The notes beneath the pieces were generated by a model. It did not search any database. It saw only the letters and a list, made by a program, of their open reading frames with translations, and was not told the origin of the DNA. From assembly GCF_021028975.2 (NCBI RefSeq), contig NC_059425.1, positions 74,710,001 through 74,774,000 on the forward strand: a stretch of 64,000 bases of DNA, written 5' to 3'. This DNA comes from Sphaerodactylus townsendi. Taxonomy: Eukaryota. Of the stretch, positions 47,901 to 60,753 are shown one piece after another. A program made the translations under genes and the position numbers. The first letter of the stretch is position 1. Every line of letters starts with the position of its first letter.

Positions 47901-50900
47901 TCTGTAGGCTGGGTGGGATTTGATAAGGAAGCCAGACTAATCTCACGTGGCAGGGAGTTCTGTTCTATGGGGGCAGAAGTTTAAGTTTTCACTGGAATCC
48001 CCATTGGGTGGTTTTGAGGTAGTATGCATTTCTGTAGAGAAGTCCTAATCTTGAATAAGATTTTGTGGCCTTAACTTTATACTTATTGGATGTGATGCCT
48101 GTTTAGTCTGGCTTTGGTCTTAGGTCTGTAGCATATAAATCAGTGTCTGGTATAATCCAAGAGGAAGCATAAGGCCATCAAGCTTTATCTTGCCTATTAA
48201 AGCTTTTCTTTTGGATTGTGCTGCTTCGCCCTGACCCAGTTTGGCAACTCATCAAGGGCCTGACTGTTTGGAAAGATGACATTTTCTAAGCCTATCTTTT
48301 GACCGACCCTTACAGTGCTGCCTGCTTGCATTTGATAGTGTCTGTTTGCGTCAAGTGGATGGAGAAAAATGGGATTACCTTAGTGACCATCTTCTGCATA
48401 TTTGCAAAAGAAGGTACCTGGTGTCAGTGATCAACATCTTTTGTTTCCTCATTGCTGTTGAAGAGTTCTTTTTCTATGCTATGGTAAAGAGTTCTTTTGC
48501 TTTATGCGTAGGGGAAACTGGAGGACCGCAAGCCTTTGATGGTTTTGTTTGGAGACGTTGCCATGCACTACATCCTCTCAGCTGCCCAGTGAGTAGTTCA
48601 ATCCTGCTGCTATGAGTGCTTGTTGACTTAGAAATAGAAACCTCTTAGTGATGACATAGCTCACTGGTTTCCCAAATCTTAAATAACTGCAAATTCAGAT
48701 TTTGTCCCCGGGCTCCATTTTCCCTAGATAAACCTCTGGTGACATCAACATCACAACTTTTATTAGGCAACTTTGTTTATTGGCTACCTGAAACAGACTT
48801 CTGTCGGGTTTGAACTCAGGTCATGAGCAGAGCTTTGACTTCAGCATTGCAGTTTACCATTCTGCGCCATGGGGCTACACCTGTGCAGCTTATTGCCACA
48901 AGATTTCTCATAGACGTTCTCACCTTTTCTTTACTGTTCAGGACAGCAGATGGAGAAGGCCTGGTGGAGAAACACTATGTTTTCTTGAAGAGACTTTGTC
49001 AAGTCCTGTGTTCTTTGGGCAGCCAGCTATGTGCATTAGTGGTGAGTTATCTGAAATGAGGCATCATTGGGGGCATGTATATGCAAAGTGCCACTCCATC
49101 ACCATCAACTACACCCATCCCTTGCATTTCCAAGATTAGAACTCAACACTTTTAGGTCAGACACCAAGGATACTCAGCATGCTTCCATCCTGATGACTTG
49201 CTTTTTAGAAATTAAATTAGCAGTTAGTCAAGAGCCAATGGGGTGTAGTGGTTTGAGTATCAAACTTGGACCTGAGGGACCTAGCTTCGAGTCCCCCGTC
49301 TGCCGTTGAAGCTTGCTGTGTGACATAGAACCAGTCACTCTTAATCTAACCTACCTCTTAGGGTGGTTGTTGTGAGGATAGAGCAGCATAGAACTATGTA
49401 TGCTGCTTTGGGGAGAAAAGTGGGGTATAGAAAAAAACCAAGCATAAACTGGGGTAACCCCTTTGAAATGTAACTGTAGTTCTACTTTTCCCCACTCTTC
49501 TAGGTGTGGATAGAGATGACTGGCAACTAGTAGCTGTTAAAAAGTTTAGCTCATCAAGCCTACAGTGATAAATGAAGAACTGTACTCTGCTATGTCTGCT
49601 AGGAAATTCAACGGGGGTGGGAGTCACCCTGCACTGAACTGTGTGGCTGAACAGTCCAAATATGCAAAAAAAAAAACCCAACAGCAACCCAGTTAATTAG
49701 AGGCAGTATTCTTTTGTGTAGTTTGTATATAGTTGTCCATCAACTGAATCCATCCTAGTCTTCCAGTGCCTCACCTCCCCTGTTTTCTAAACAGGGTCCT
49801 GACACAGATGTGGAAACACCAGCCAACTTTGGGAAATACCTTGAGTCGTTTTTAGCTTTCACAACCCATCCCAGCCAGGTAGGTAAAATTCAGTATAGAA
49901 TGAAAGCCGTATGGGCTGTGTGGATCCTGCTGTTTTTTTAAAAAAGGACTGGTGGTGAATTTATATACTGCTACATTTTTTAAATGCTATGTGTCTTTCC
50001 CTTCTTTAAGGAAAAACTTTACGGGCAGTATAAACCTTAGCCCAGAGGGCATTTGTGCTGATAGACCCCTGAGCCTCCTCCATTTCCTACTCTGAAAAAC
50101 TGGAATGCAACTTTCTGCCCTCTAGCATTCATACGGATCCAGTTTGCAGTGGAGTTCTTGGGTTTCTTGTCTTGGCCTTTGAGTGCTGGTACTATTAATT
50201 TTTGGTTTCATTTGTATTCGAGTAGCATCAGTGCCTAGGAGGGAAGGCCAACAGTGGTCACTGTTGTGTTTTCAACATCTGATTTCACATTTTTCTGTTA
50301 AGAGATTTCTAATTTGATGGATTCTTTGTTTCCCCTCTAGTTCTTACGCTCTTCCACCCAGATAACATGGGGAGCTCTTTTTCGGCATGAAGTTCTATCA
50401 CGTGATCCTGTGTTGCTGGCTATGTTCCCCAAATATCTGCGAGCATCTATGACTAATCTAGTCAAGGTACAGTACTACAAGCGGATTTGATTCTGAACTG
50501 GGTAATATGTATGCATGCATGTGTGTCTTACAAACCACAGTTTTTAAGTGACACATGGCAGTTTTGCCAGGGGCAAGCTCCTCTCTTTGTCTCTTCAACT
50601 GGTGTCTTGATTTGGCCAGTGTTACTGCCTGCTGCCTCCTTAAATCAGTGTCTTTCATGAGTGCCTCACAACTCCATTGTAGACTGATTCTACCAGGCTC
50701 TTTGGTTTTGTGAACTTCAATTGCAGGTCTCTGACGATTCTGTTCCTTTAATTCTTTATTCTGTGATGAAACAGGACACTGTAAGGACATCCCCCCCCCC
50801 CCCCCCAATTTTGTCCATGTTATACTCTGGGAGCTTTAAACAGAGCATGCGTGTGTGTGTGTGTGTGTGATGGGGTCTTACTAGGGGACCTGTGAGAATT

Positions 50901-53900
50901 CTGCAGTAAATGGATTTATGCAAATTTCTATTTTAAATCTCATTATTCGGAGTCTGAATTTTAGAGTGGGAGGTACACTGTGTATGGTGGCTTCCCCTTC
51001 AAACTGGTGCCCTTTTGTTTTGCAGGTGGGTTTTCCTTCCAAGACTGACAGTCCCAGTTGTGAATATTCTCGCTTTGACTTCGACAGTGATGAAGATTTT
51101 AACTACTTTTTCAACTGTAAGTCACTGTTGCTCCTTTCTCCTTTGAAGACAGCCCAGAGTCCTCCACATTTTATTTCAGATAGCACTAGCATATCTTCTG
51201 TTCAAATATTCCTACAGGTTTCGGCCTTAAAGAACTCGCTTGTGTTTGAGGTTTCTGTCAAGTTATTTATTTATTTTATTTATTTATTTATTAGATTTGT
51301 AGACCGCCCCATCACCAAGGGGCTCTGGGCGGAGTTGGAGACTGAGGCCCTCCTTGCTATTTAGGGAATGGGAACAGTACCCTGTTTCCCCGAAAATAAG
51401 ACATCCCCTGAAAATAAGACGTAGTAGAGGTTTTGCTGAAGTGCTAAATATAATGCATCCCCCAAAAGTAAGATGTAGCAAAGTTTTTGTTTGGAAGCGT
51501 GCCCGTCGAACAGAACACCAGAGCATGCAGCTGTGGAGTGGAAAAACAAGACATCCCCTGAAAATAAGACATAGCGCATCTTGGGGAGCAAAAATTAATA
51601 TGACACTGTCTTATTTTCGGGGAAACACGGTATCACTTAAAGCTCCTTCTGTGTGAAGAAGCTGCTGCTTTGAATAGCATGGCTATGGATGGTGGTGACA
51701 GAAGTAGGAGACTGAATGTGAGTGAACCTCACTAAAAGAAACGGTCCCGTCACACTTTAGACATGCACCTAATGAAGGGGACTCCAGTCCACAGAAGCTT
51801 ATGTGGACACAGACTAGCTGATTGCAGATTCCATTCCAGAGCAGGTCCATTCAGAACAAGAATGAGATGTGCTGCAAGTCTCCACGCTTCTTTTTTTCCC
51901 ATCAAGTCACAAATGACTTATGGCAACCTGGGAGTGGGAGGGGGGAGGTTTCAAGACAAGAGACATTCGGAGGTGGTTTCCGTTGCCAGTCTCCTTACGA
52001 GCGTGGTATTCCTCGGAGGTCTCTCATCCAAATAGTTGCGAGGGTTGAGGCTGAGTGTGTGATTGCCCAAGGCCATCCAGCCAGATTCCATGGAGTGAGT
52101 GGAGATCTGAACCTGGGCTTCCCCTACGCATACTTCCTATCGAAACAGTTGTTGAACACATCCAAATAGTAGTGCTTATATAGCAAGCCTGCAGCTCTTG
52201 TCCTGAATGCATCCCTGCAAATTCATCCTGTGCAGGTCCAGCTGCAGGCAACAGCAATTGTGATTCCAGCAAGACCCATGCAGCCTGCTGTGACCCCCCC
52301 ACCCCCATAGTAAAAGACTTGGTTTTGCAAGATTTGTGGGTTTTTTTCCTACTTCTGATTCAACATGCAAGTCTAAACCAAGCAGATGATGAGCTTCCAA
52401 CTTGTACTACTTGAGCTAGTAGCAGAAAGTTCTTCCACTCTCAGAAGTGGGTAGTGTTCCTTGGTTGCACCCAAACTGGGCTCTTTGTGTTCAATTCCCT
52501 TGGCAGCTTTCCGTGCCCAGCAAGGAGAGGTGATAAGGATGGCGTGTCGCCTGGACCCTCGGACTGGTTTTCAGATGGCGGGGGAGTGGCTGAAATACCA
52601 ACTCTCTTCTCCTGTTGATACTGGTCCCGTGAACTGTAAGTGTTCTTAGTAGAAGAGGAAGAGGACTGGGACTCCCAGCAGTGGAGCACAGCTAATTTTT
52701 ATTAATGCAGTTTTTATCTAGATGTTTCCAAGTTGGCAGATGCAGGAGCAAGCAGGGAAGTGGGAGTTCCAAAACTGAACTGTTCGTCTTTCTTTCAATG
52801 TGTATAGATTATCTGTGACCCACCTTTGGAGCTTCAGTTGAGGGGCAGTATTGACACATTTTAAATAAACGTTTGCTTTTTAGTTGAAAACAGCTTTTAA
52901 AGAAATTGCAGGATTCAGCTTGTTATCTTCAAATAAATTGCTTTGTTTGTATCTCAAGCAAAAATGTCCCTCTGGTCTCCAGTAGGGTTACTGTGTGTGT
53001 GTTAGCTCTCGGAACCTTAAGCCAATAAATGGACTCTGAAGTATTGATCAGTAGCATTTATGGAAGAGGTATCGAAGCACCCCACTTGGCCAAGCCAGTT
53101 CTGACAAAGCTGGCGTTCATAGTCACCTTTGTTCCCCTCTGGAATCCCCCCCTCCCGCTTTCCAAAGAACTTGTGAAAAACGGTCTTTGGCACTAAGGTG
53201 CCTCTAGGTCGGCAGCAGATAGTAGGAGAGAGCCACCCGGCTTCCTGCCCCACGAGATAACAGATGTAATTCTTTGTCAGCACACTCACAAAGCACTCCA
53301 ACCCTGGTCTGATAAGCCGCAACAAGAAGCAGTCTGAGACAGTTGTTTTCTTTCCATCTGGAAGGCTTTTTATCTCATTGCTTCTCAGGAACAAAAGACA
53401 AACTGTGCAGAATATACAAGCTTCACTCTCCAACTGACTCTCAACATTTCTCCTCTCTACACACACTCACATTATGGGTATGACCAGAGGTGGGATCCAG
53501 CAGGTTCTCACAGGTTCCCGAGAGTAGGTTACTAATTATTCGTGTGTGCCAAGAGGGGGTTACTAATTGGTGATTTTGCCACGTGATTTTTGCCTTAGTT
53601 ACACCCCTCCTCTCAGCAGTAGCGCGCAGAACTTGAAGCAGTCTAGCAGGAGGTGCACTGGCGTGCGTGGCAGCCTGCGCCTGCGTGCATTCGTTTCCCA
53701 CCCAAGGACCGGTGCAGCAGCTGCGTCCTTGCCACAGCCCCGCCCAGGAATGCCCCACCCCCGGAATGCCTGGCCATGCCCCCGTCGTGCGCCGCCCAGC
53801 CCCACTGGCGCTACACCACAGTTTGAATCTCACCACCATAGGAACCTGTTACTAAAATTTTTGGATCCCACCACTGGGTATGGCCCAATGCCAGAGCACA

Positions 53901-56900
53901 TACACTTCCCTGCACCTGGAGGCTGACATCAGGCTTGACCTTTCCCTTATCTCAAGGTTCCTTTGCAGCATACCATGAGTGCAGTAAATGTCACCATGAT
54001 TTATCTAATTTCCTAACATTCTTTTCTCATGGGTCCAAGTTGCCGGGGAAGCCTAGTTGTCTACAAAGCGTGTGAAGCCATAAAGAAAAGATCAAGGAAA
54101 GAATTAACAGTGGTTACATATAGCAGGCAGGTTACAAATTATCCAGAGCAGCATTGATTCATTGGTCTTAAGCAATTACACAGAATTGGAAATGCATCTC
54201 AATCACATAGATAACATCCCCCTGACAGTGTGGGATTTTCCTGGGAATCTTTTATATTGTCAGCTGGTGTGGGATAATATATTCCTATCCGGGGGGAGGG
54301 GGGAGCAAACGTTGCTGCATCTCCAGAGGTCTTTCAGTTTTCTCCTTTTCTCCCTCTTCTAGCTAAAACTGGTGAAGGCCTCTGCTCCATCTTTTCCCGT
54401 TCCTTCGTGCAGTGGGATGCTATGACCTTTTTCTTGGAGAGCATCATTAGCCCAATGTTCCGGACTCTGGATAAGGAAGTATGTAGCTCAAATCCTCTAG
54501 ATGTTGTCTTCTGGATGGCTTACTGGCAAGGTTGTTTCTTAAAAACCAAGTTCTGGGGAACACTAGCCAGCAGTAGTCAGGTTGAATATTTGTATGTTAC
54601 CTTGTGTTCCTTGGGAAATGCCTGTTCAAAGATAATGTTCAGGTGTGGTTTTTTTAAAGTGAAGAATGAAAGATAGGAAAATTGTAGGAAAATTCCTATG
54701 AAAGATGGGGAAATTGACAATTTAATTTGTGAAGGCTGACTCTGCCTTGGTGCAGTAACGTGACCAACTCTGGCCTATGTAGGTTCAGATCCCTCCCTAG
54801 TAACTCACCAAAAATGAAGCAAAAATGCTTTGCTGAAGAAATTCAAGAAAAGCAATTAAAAGCAAGGCATATAGTTCAGCAGAATCATACAAAATAATAA
54901 AACTGCCTGTGCTACTACAAAACTGCAAAATTGTTTTTTCTTATGCCTCAACAATTTTGCAGAGCACGACCCCAACGTGATTATATGTTAGAGCATTGAG
55001 AAAAAAATCCCTGTTCTTTGCTTAACAGCCTTAAAGGTTCACGAGGCCAGTAATTATCTAGATTCTGGCTAGCTGTTTACTGTTATTGTGTTAAAAATAT
55101 ATATTTACTGTGTTCCTATGTGCCTGTATTGTACAAAATTCCTTTGAAATAATTTTTCAACACTGCTATGATGCTATAAAATTTCTTGTGATTTTTTAGT
55201 CTTCAGCCTGGTGGGTACACATTTTCTCTTATCATTATTGTACTCTGCAGAAGCATATTTGTAGCAGCTTTCCAGGAAAGAAAATGGCAACCTATGATGC
55301 AAAATGAGCCTGAAAATCGAATAGACCCTGCCACAGCATTAAATTTTTAACTCTCCTCCAGGCCTTACAATACCGTGCCATAATCTGCCAGTTGAGCTTG
55401 CTTCAAGAGAATACAGTGTAGATATGATGGTTGTAGCATCAGGTTGACCTTTCTGCAACTGTTAGGATTGTCAGTTTTTATCTAAAAATACAGAGTTAGA
55501 CATCAGGGTTTGCTTGGGGAAGAAATTTTGGCATTCCACAAAGCCTCAGTGTGTTGACCATTGATCATTTCCCTTTCTGTTGTTACAGGAAATCCCAGTG
55601 TCCGGTGGCATAGAGCTGCTGCAGTTGGTTCTGAGTTTTGAAACGAAGGATCCACTCATATTGTCTTGTGTCCTGTCTAATGTCTCTGCACTCTTTCCAT
55701 TTGTTACTTACAGGCCTGAATACCTGCCAGAAGTTCTTTCCAAGGTAAGCTGCGCTATCACTGGGACAAAATAGGCTTTAAGACTTAATACTCTGCAATC
55801 CTCACCGTTGAACTTTTTATAGAAAAGCTGTAGGAAAGCTATAAATATTACTGTTGTGACTGGACCACAACAGGTATTCAGCTAGATTGCTAAACTGGTG
55901 AGATTTAACAGATTGTGGATTAAATCAAGACAACACACAACATGGTGAGGAAAACTGTGCTAGATAGCTGCATATTTGGTTGGTTGACTTACTTATTTAG
56001 CACATTTTTATCCTATCCTTCCCATTCTTCTCAGGGCTGCATTTATCAGTCTCCTCTTCTCTGTTTTATCCTCCCCCTCACTTCTAAAAAGGTTTAAAAA
56101 ATGGTAAAGCTCTCTAGCCAGGGAATCCATATAAGAAGAAGAAGGAGAGTTTGGATTTATACCCCACGTTTCTCTCCTGTAGGAGACTCAAAGCGGTTTA
56201 CAATCTCCTTTCCCTTCCCCCCTCACAACAAACACCCTGTGAGGTGGGTGGGGCTGAGAGATCTCTGTAGAGCTGTGACCCAGCTGGCATGTGTTGGAGT
56301 GCACAGGTTAATCTAGTTCCCCAGATAAGCCTCCACAGCTCAAGTGGCAGAGTGGGGAATCAAACTTGGTTCTCCAGATTAGACTGCATCTGCTGTTAAC
56401 CACTACGTCACTGCTGCTCCCAATGTGAATACTGTGTTGCTCTTGTTGCTGTTAAACAAGAGTATCTGCAACCTGATGAAATCCTAGTCATCTTGTGTTT
56501 TACTGGAAATAGGAACAATACAACGATAAAGACATTTTACTGAATGTGTGCAGTTGTTTGTAATATAACCAGTGTTGAGCAGTTGGGAAAGAATGGCTAC
56601 TGATAAGTGATTTTTGTTCTTGTTCCCTTAGCTCTTTGCCTCTGTTACCTTTGAGGTTGTAGAAGAAAGTAAGGTCAGTACATTTGAACCACGTTGTACT
56701 AAAACATTTGGTAAAAGTTGTTATAGGACCACATATCAAGGCAGCGTCTCTGTTAGATCATAACAGAGTCTACATTATTTCTGTGATGCTAATGATGAAG
56801 CAGAGTGCCTCAGTGGCAAGCTCTATCAGTGCTGTTGCAGCCAGTGGTTTATGAAAACATAACCAAGTTCCGAAATTTTAGGCTAAAATTCGGTATCCCA

Positions 56901-59900
56901 AAAAGGTACTTGAATACACTATTCCCCTTGGGAGATAAATTTCAATACTAGCTGTGTGCATCTTTAGTGCATGCCTACACATGGATATGGTTGGATATGG
57001 TTGACTCCTGCCCACCACTGAGTGGTGATGGAAACAGTATCTCAGAAAAGTGCGTTTATCCTATAAGCATGTACTCTGACTCTGTCATGTGCAACCAAAG
57101 CAGATTTTACATTGGGTATAAAGCAGTGGTTCTCAGGCTTTAGAAACCCAGGGACCACCATTTTGATTTAAATTCTGATGCAGTCATCCAAACATTTTTG
57201 CTGTCTTGCCAGAATCTATCATCATAAGAAACTGTCATTTGATAGCTCTCCTTTATAGCATCTAGCAACCTGTGCACCAAAAAAGTCTTTGTCTTACAGT
57301 GTTCTCAGAACAATGCAGTGAAAAACCCATTGGATACACTTTAAAATCGAGTTTTAAGTAAAATATTCGTGCTGTCTGTACATGGCGTAGAAGGTTAGGT
57401 CCTAGACAGTAGTTGATTCTGTAGGGCAACAAAACTCAGTGTCCTGACCGAAGTTCTAATATATCTTATTCTTTAACTAGAGGTGACTTTATATTTGAGA
57501 CAGCAAGAAACTTCCTTGTTGATTAGAAACTTCTAGGAAAAGATCAGCATTCCAAATTTCCAGTATTTAGTTGAAAGCTGTCATTGGCTGTTGTCTGAGT
57601 GTATAATGGCAGCTGTCTAAATCTTTTGTATTTAAAAAGGAATGAAAACTAGTACAATTTTATAACATAAATAACTATGATTAGGATCACCTCTGGGTTC
57701 TACCAGTCAATTAGCATTCCAAGAGCTGAGCTATTGAATCTTCATAATCTGAACTTTTTGTGGCTAGGAAACGATATGGGAATGATAGTTGGCAATGGCT
57801 GTATGAGTTCCTTCTCTGCAGAAAAGGGGGAAGGTCCATTTCATCCCCTTTTTGCTGAGGTGGGGTCCATGCCTCAGTATGTGAGAGAGCTCTGTTTTTG
57901 TGCATCTTTCGCCTTTTCCCCATCATTGGAGGAGATCTTAAGAGCTCTACCACTTTCTGAAGTCCAGGCAGAAACATCTGGAGAATGCTTGTCAGGCAGA
58001 TTCTTTGTGTTGGTTCTCTGCTGTCTTTTCCAAGGATGGATGTGTATTAAAGGTGCTTTTCATCTTTTTAAATGGGTCTAATCAAGGATGTAATCTTTTT
58101 GTTTACCACCTGGATGAATCATCTTATGGGTATGACCTACAGGTAAAGTCAGCTCTGTGATTTTTGGTACTGCTTAAGCTTACAAAATAAAATGCAACCT
58201 AGACATTTTGTTGGTTTGCTTTCCCAGGCCCCAAGGACCCGTGCAGTGAAAAATGTGAGAAGACACGCCTGCTCTTCAATCATAAAGATGTGTCGGGATT
58301 ACCCTCAGCTTGTCCTGGTACTTAATTGAACTTGTATCCCAAGGAATGGCACTGTTTCAATACAGGCTATTCCTAGAGGATTTGAGAGTTATTACAGCTT
58401 GTGGTTTATAGCTCCCTATGATCAGTATGTCTCTTTCTTATTGCTAGTCATATTTAGATAATAGTTGTGTATGAATTTGGACGTTATGAATGGTAACGCC
58501 AATTGCTGTTAGCAAACCTTGCACTGAGACCAGGTACCTTATGAAGGATGTAGGAAAATGTGGAAGATAGACCTAAGATTCAGGGTGAGACATTGGAGTT
58601 TAAAACAGGAGCTCCACAATTATGGTAGCTGTGGGAAACAGCACATCTGAAGATCTTAATTGAACCACATGATTTACTTCCATACAATAAAATTTGCTGC
58701 AGAAAACTCAGCTATGACACTTCCTTAAGAGAGGGCAGTTATTTCTTTCTAAATACTTTATGAGGGAATATATGCAGGCAGTAAGTCTATTTTGGATTTT
58801 TTAGTTGACTGACCCTTGGATCTGTTCCTTCTAGCCAAACTTTGACATGCTGTATAACCATGCGAAGCAGCTGTTATCCAATGAACTGCTCCTAACTCAG
58901 ATGGAGAAATGTGCTCTTATGGAAGCCCTGGTCCTTATCAGCAACCAGTTCAAGGATTACCACCGGCAGAAAGCTTTCTTGGAAGAGCTGATATCTCCTG
59001 TTGCTACTCTTTGGCTGTCTGAAGAAATGAAAAGGTGCAAGAACTTTGACCATTCTTACTTTTTTTTCTTTTGCCATCAAGTCACAACTGACTTCCAGTG
59101 ACCCTGTAAGGTTTTCAAGTTAGCAGACATTCGGAGGTGGCCTAGCCAATTCCTGCCTCTGTGTAATTCCTTGGTGGTCTCCCATCCAAATACTAACCAG
59201 GACTGACCCTGTTTACCTTTTGAAATCTGATGAGATCAGGCTAGCCAGGTCAGGGCTCTTCTGAAATAGCACAGAGCAAACATTTTCTGAGCTAGATTGA
59301 GAATTGGAGTAGGAGAGTCTTTCAAGTGGTTGTGCAGAAACCAATCAGCCAACCATTGCAGACACCCCATTAATATTGTTGTTTGGTATATTTGTTCTCT
59401 TAAAAGAAACATGGCAAGTAAATATGCATTAGTGTGAACTGGTAATAATTGTTAATGACTGCCTTTTCCCCACAATAATTATTTGGGTTAATGTAGATTT
59501 ATTAGTACTAAGAAGTAGATGTTTGCCATTCTAACTCCCTTCTTTTCTCTCTGTGTGTGTGGGTCAGAGTCTTAATGAATCCTGAAGACTTTATCCATTA
59601 CGTTGGTGCTGATAACAAAATAGCAGACCCAGTCATGGAAGATCCCTGTGGTCTCAACCGTTCACGAGTAAGTAGGAATTATCTGACAGAAATCAGATTG
59701 CAATGGAGAGGGGACAGTCATATGGTAGGCTCTTTCCTGCATGCATGGACAGACTTCACTATTAGTTTATTCAGCAAAGTATCTCCTAGGTTCCTTGAAA
59801 GTATTCTAAAAAGGTATCTCGTTCTGTGATCACAGAGAGCCTGGAATGTGCCAATTCTGTTGGACAAGGTGGGCCCATCTTGCAAGGAGGCCACAGTATG

Positions 59901-60753
59901 GATTGTAAATCCAGTGTCATGACAAAACTTATTTATCTACATTGCTGACAGAACCATCAGCAAATGATTTTATGCAAGATTTGACAATGCCAGATGCTGA
60001 TTTTTTCTTTTGACAAGCCTAAAAGTGGCAGATGGCTTCAGTCAGAGATGGGCTGCTTGTAAGATGTCAGCAAAGTAATATGAAATCTTCCAGTTTTCTC
60101 TCCCTGCTTCCCACCTTCCTAGCATAATCCAGGCCTACTCTAATGAACTGGGCACTTCTATACCATTACTTTTAGGAAAAGTAGTCTTTGGGGAAATTAA
60201 GTTCTCAAAGAGAGCTCTTGGTTAAGGCAGGCTAAATGCATTAGCAATGTTTTGTTCAGATTGTTGCAATCCCAGTCCTGTGACATTGCTCATTAGATGA
60301 CATGTTCTGTTGCCTCTATTTGACTTGCACTGTGTGAGCCACAAATTTTCAGTCCAAGATGCAAAATGGTTATACATGTTGTCAGAGGTTCATCACACAT
60401 GATCTTGCATGCATTCTGGAACATGTTTTTTCCTAATAAAAAATGATCTCCTTAGATTGAGTAAAAACATTAAGAGTTCTGCATTTCCAAGGAAAATGGC
60501 ACTTTCAACTTTCTGTTCAGTTCTTCCCTCAGTTTGAAGGACTCTCTTGATACCTGTTTGTTTCTGTTTAGATAAGCTTCTGTGTGTACACCATTCTGGG
60601 AGTTGTAAAACGTGCACGTTGGCCCACTTCACTGGAAGAGGCGAAGGCTGGAGGATTTGTGGTTGGGTGCATGCCTAACGGCAGTCCTATGTATCGCAAC
60701 CCTTGCTCTGTGCAGGTCTTGAAACTTCTTGACAACTTGCTTGCTCTCATAAG
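38990..60753 (+). CDS. XPO5: Exportin-5 (pre-miRNA exporter), coding exons 1-20; 3' part lies beyond the window
   Basis: Exons (GT-AG, phases consistent): 38990-39094, 40289-40410, 42215-42287, 42761-42898, 43089-43271, 45622-45648, 46141-46326, 48512-48588, 48942-49041, 49795-49878, 50341-50466, 51026-51116, 52507-52635, 54363-54478, 55589-55744, 56632-56673, 58228-58317, 58835-59034, 59568-59667, 60572-60753. Starts MSGDQVSSLCEQLVKAVTVMMDP; contains IKREWPQHWPDML and APRTRAVKNVRRHACSS. Confidence 0.97.
40555..40685 (-). mobile_element. tRNA-derived SINE fragment
   Basis: GGGATTGAACCTG (B-box, reversed) followed by TGCATGCAAAGCAGATGCTCT. Confidence 0.6.
41078..41170. repeat. 39-bp tandem repeat (~2.3 copies)
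   Basis: CTCCATGGGGGAAAATAGACTTACCA.CCTATCAAAACT starting at 41084, 41123 and (partial) 41162. Confidence 0.85.
46876..47005. repeat. 63-bp tandem duplication
   Basis: AACATCTGTTAAGTGC.TAAATGCTGCTGTGTGAACTTCACCTTATTTTTGTCAGTGGACTTC twice, one mismatch. Confidence 0.9.
47219..47689 (+). mobile_element. Non-autonomous Helitron-like element
   Basis: 5' TC(TGT)TATATAAAAGGCTAG; 3' subterminal hairpin AGCCCATTGTA..TACAACAGGCT followed by CTAG|T; no TSD. Confidence 0.6.
51263..51331 (-). mobile_element. L2-type 3' stub
   Basis: (TTTA)n followed by the stem-loop CCGCCC..GGGCGG, as at 9430 and 35025. Confidence 0.6.
51380..51630. mobile_element. Tc1/mariner (pogo/Tc2-like) MITE
   Basis: TIRs CCCTGTTTCCCCGAAAATAAGAC / GTCTTATTTTCGGGGAAACACGG; TA TSD; internal GAAAATAAGAC repeats. 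Confidence 0.85.
51890..52160 (-). mobile_element. Composite SINE (tRNA-type head, 5S-like segment, RTE/Sauria-type tail)
   Basis: Tail CATCAAGTCACAAATGACTTATGGCAACC shared with 59075; GGTCTCTCATCCAAATA (5S-like); Squam-like body and B-box. Confidence 0.55.
53485..53876. mobile_element. Non-autonomous hAT element (392 bp)
   Basis: TIRs CAGAGGTGGGATCC / GGATCCCACCACTG; 8-bp TSD GGTATGAC / GGTATGGC; GC-rich core. Confidence 0.8.
56133..56420 (-). mobile_element. Full-length tRNA-derived SINE (Squam3-like, gecko-type)
   Basis: Minus-strand head GGAGCAGCAGTGACGTAGTGGTTAA..GTTTGATTCCCC; body CTCAGCCCCACCCACCTCACAGGGTG; (CTT)n tail. Confidence 0.8.
59070..59258 (-). mobile_element. 5S-derived SINE with RTE/Sauria-type tail (5S-Sauria-like)
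   Basis: GGTCTCCCATCCAAATACTAACCAGG..GAAATCTGATGAGATCAGG is reversed 5S-like sequence; tail CATCAAGTCACAACTGAC. Confidence 0.75.
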
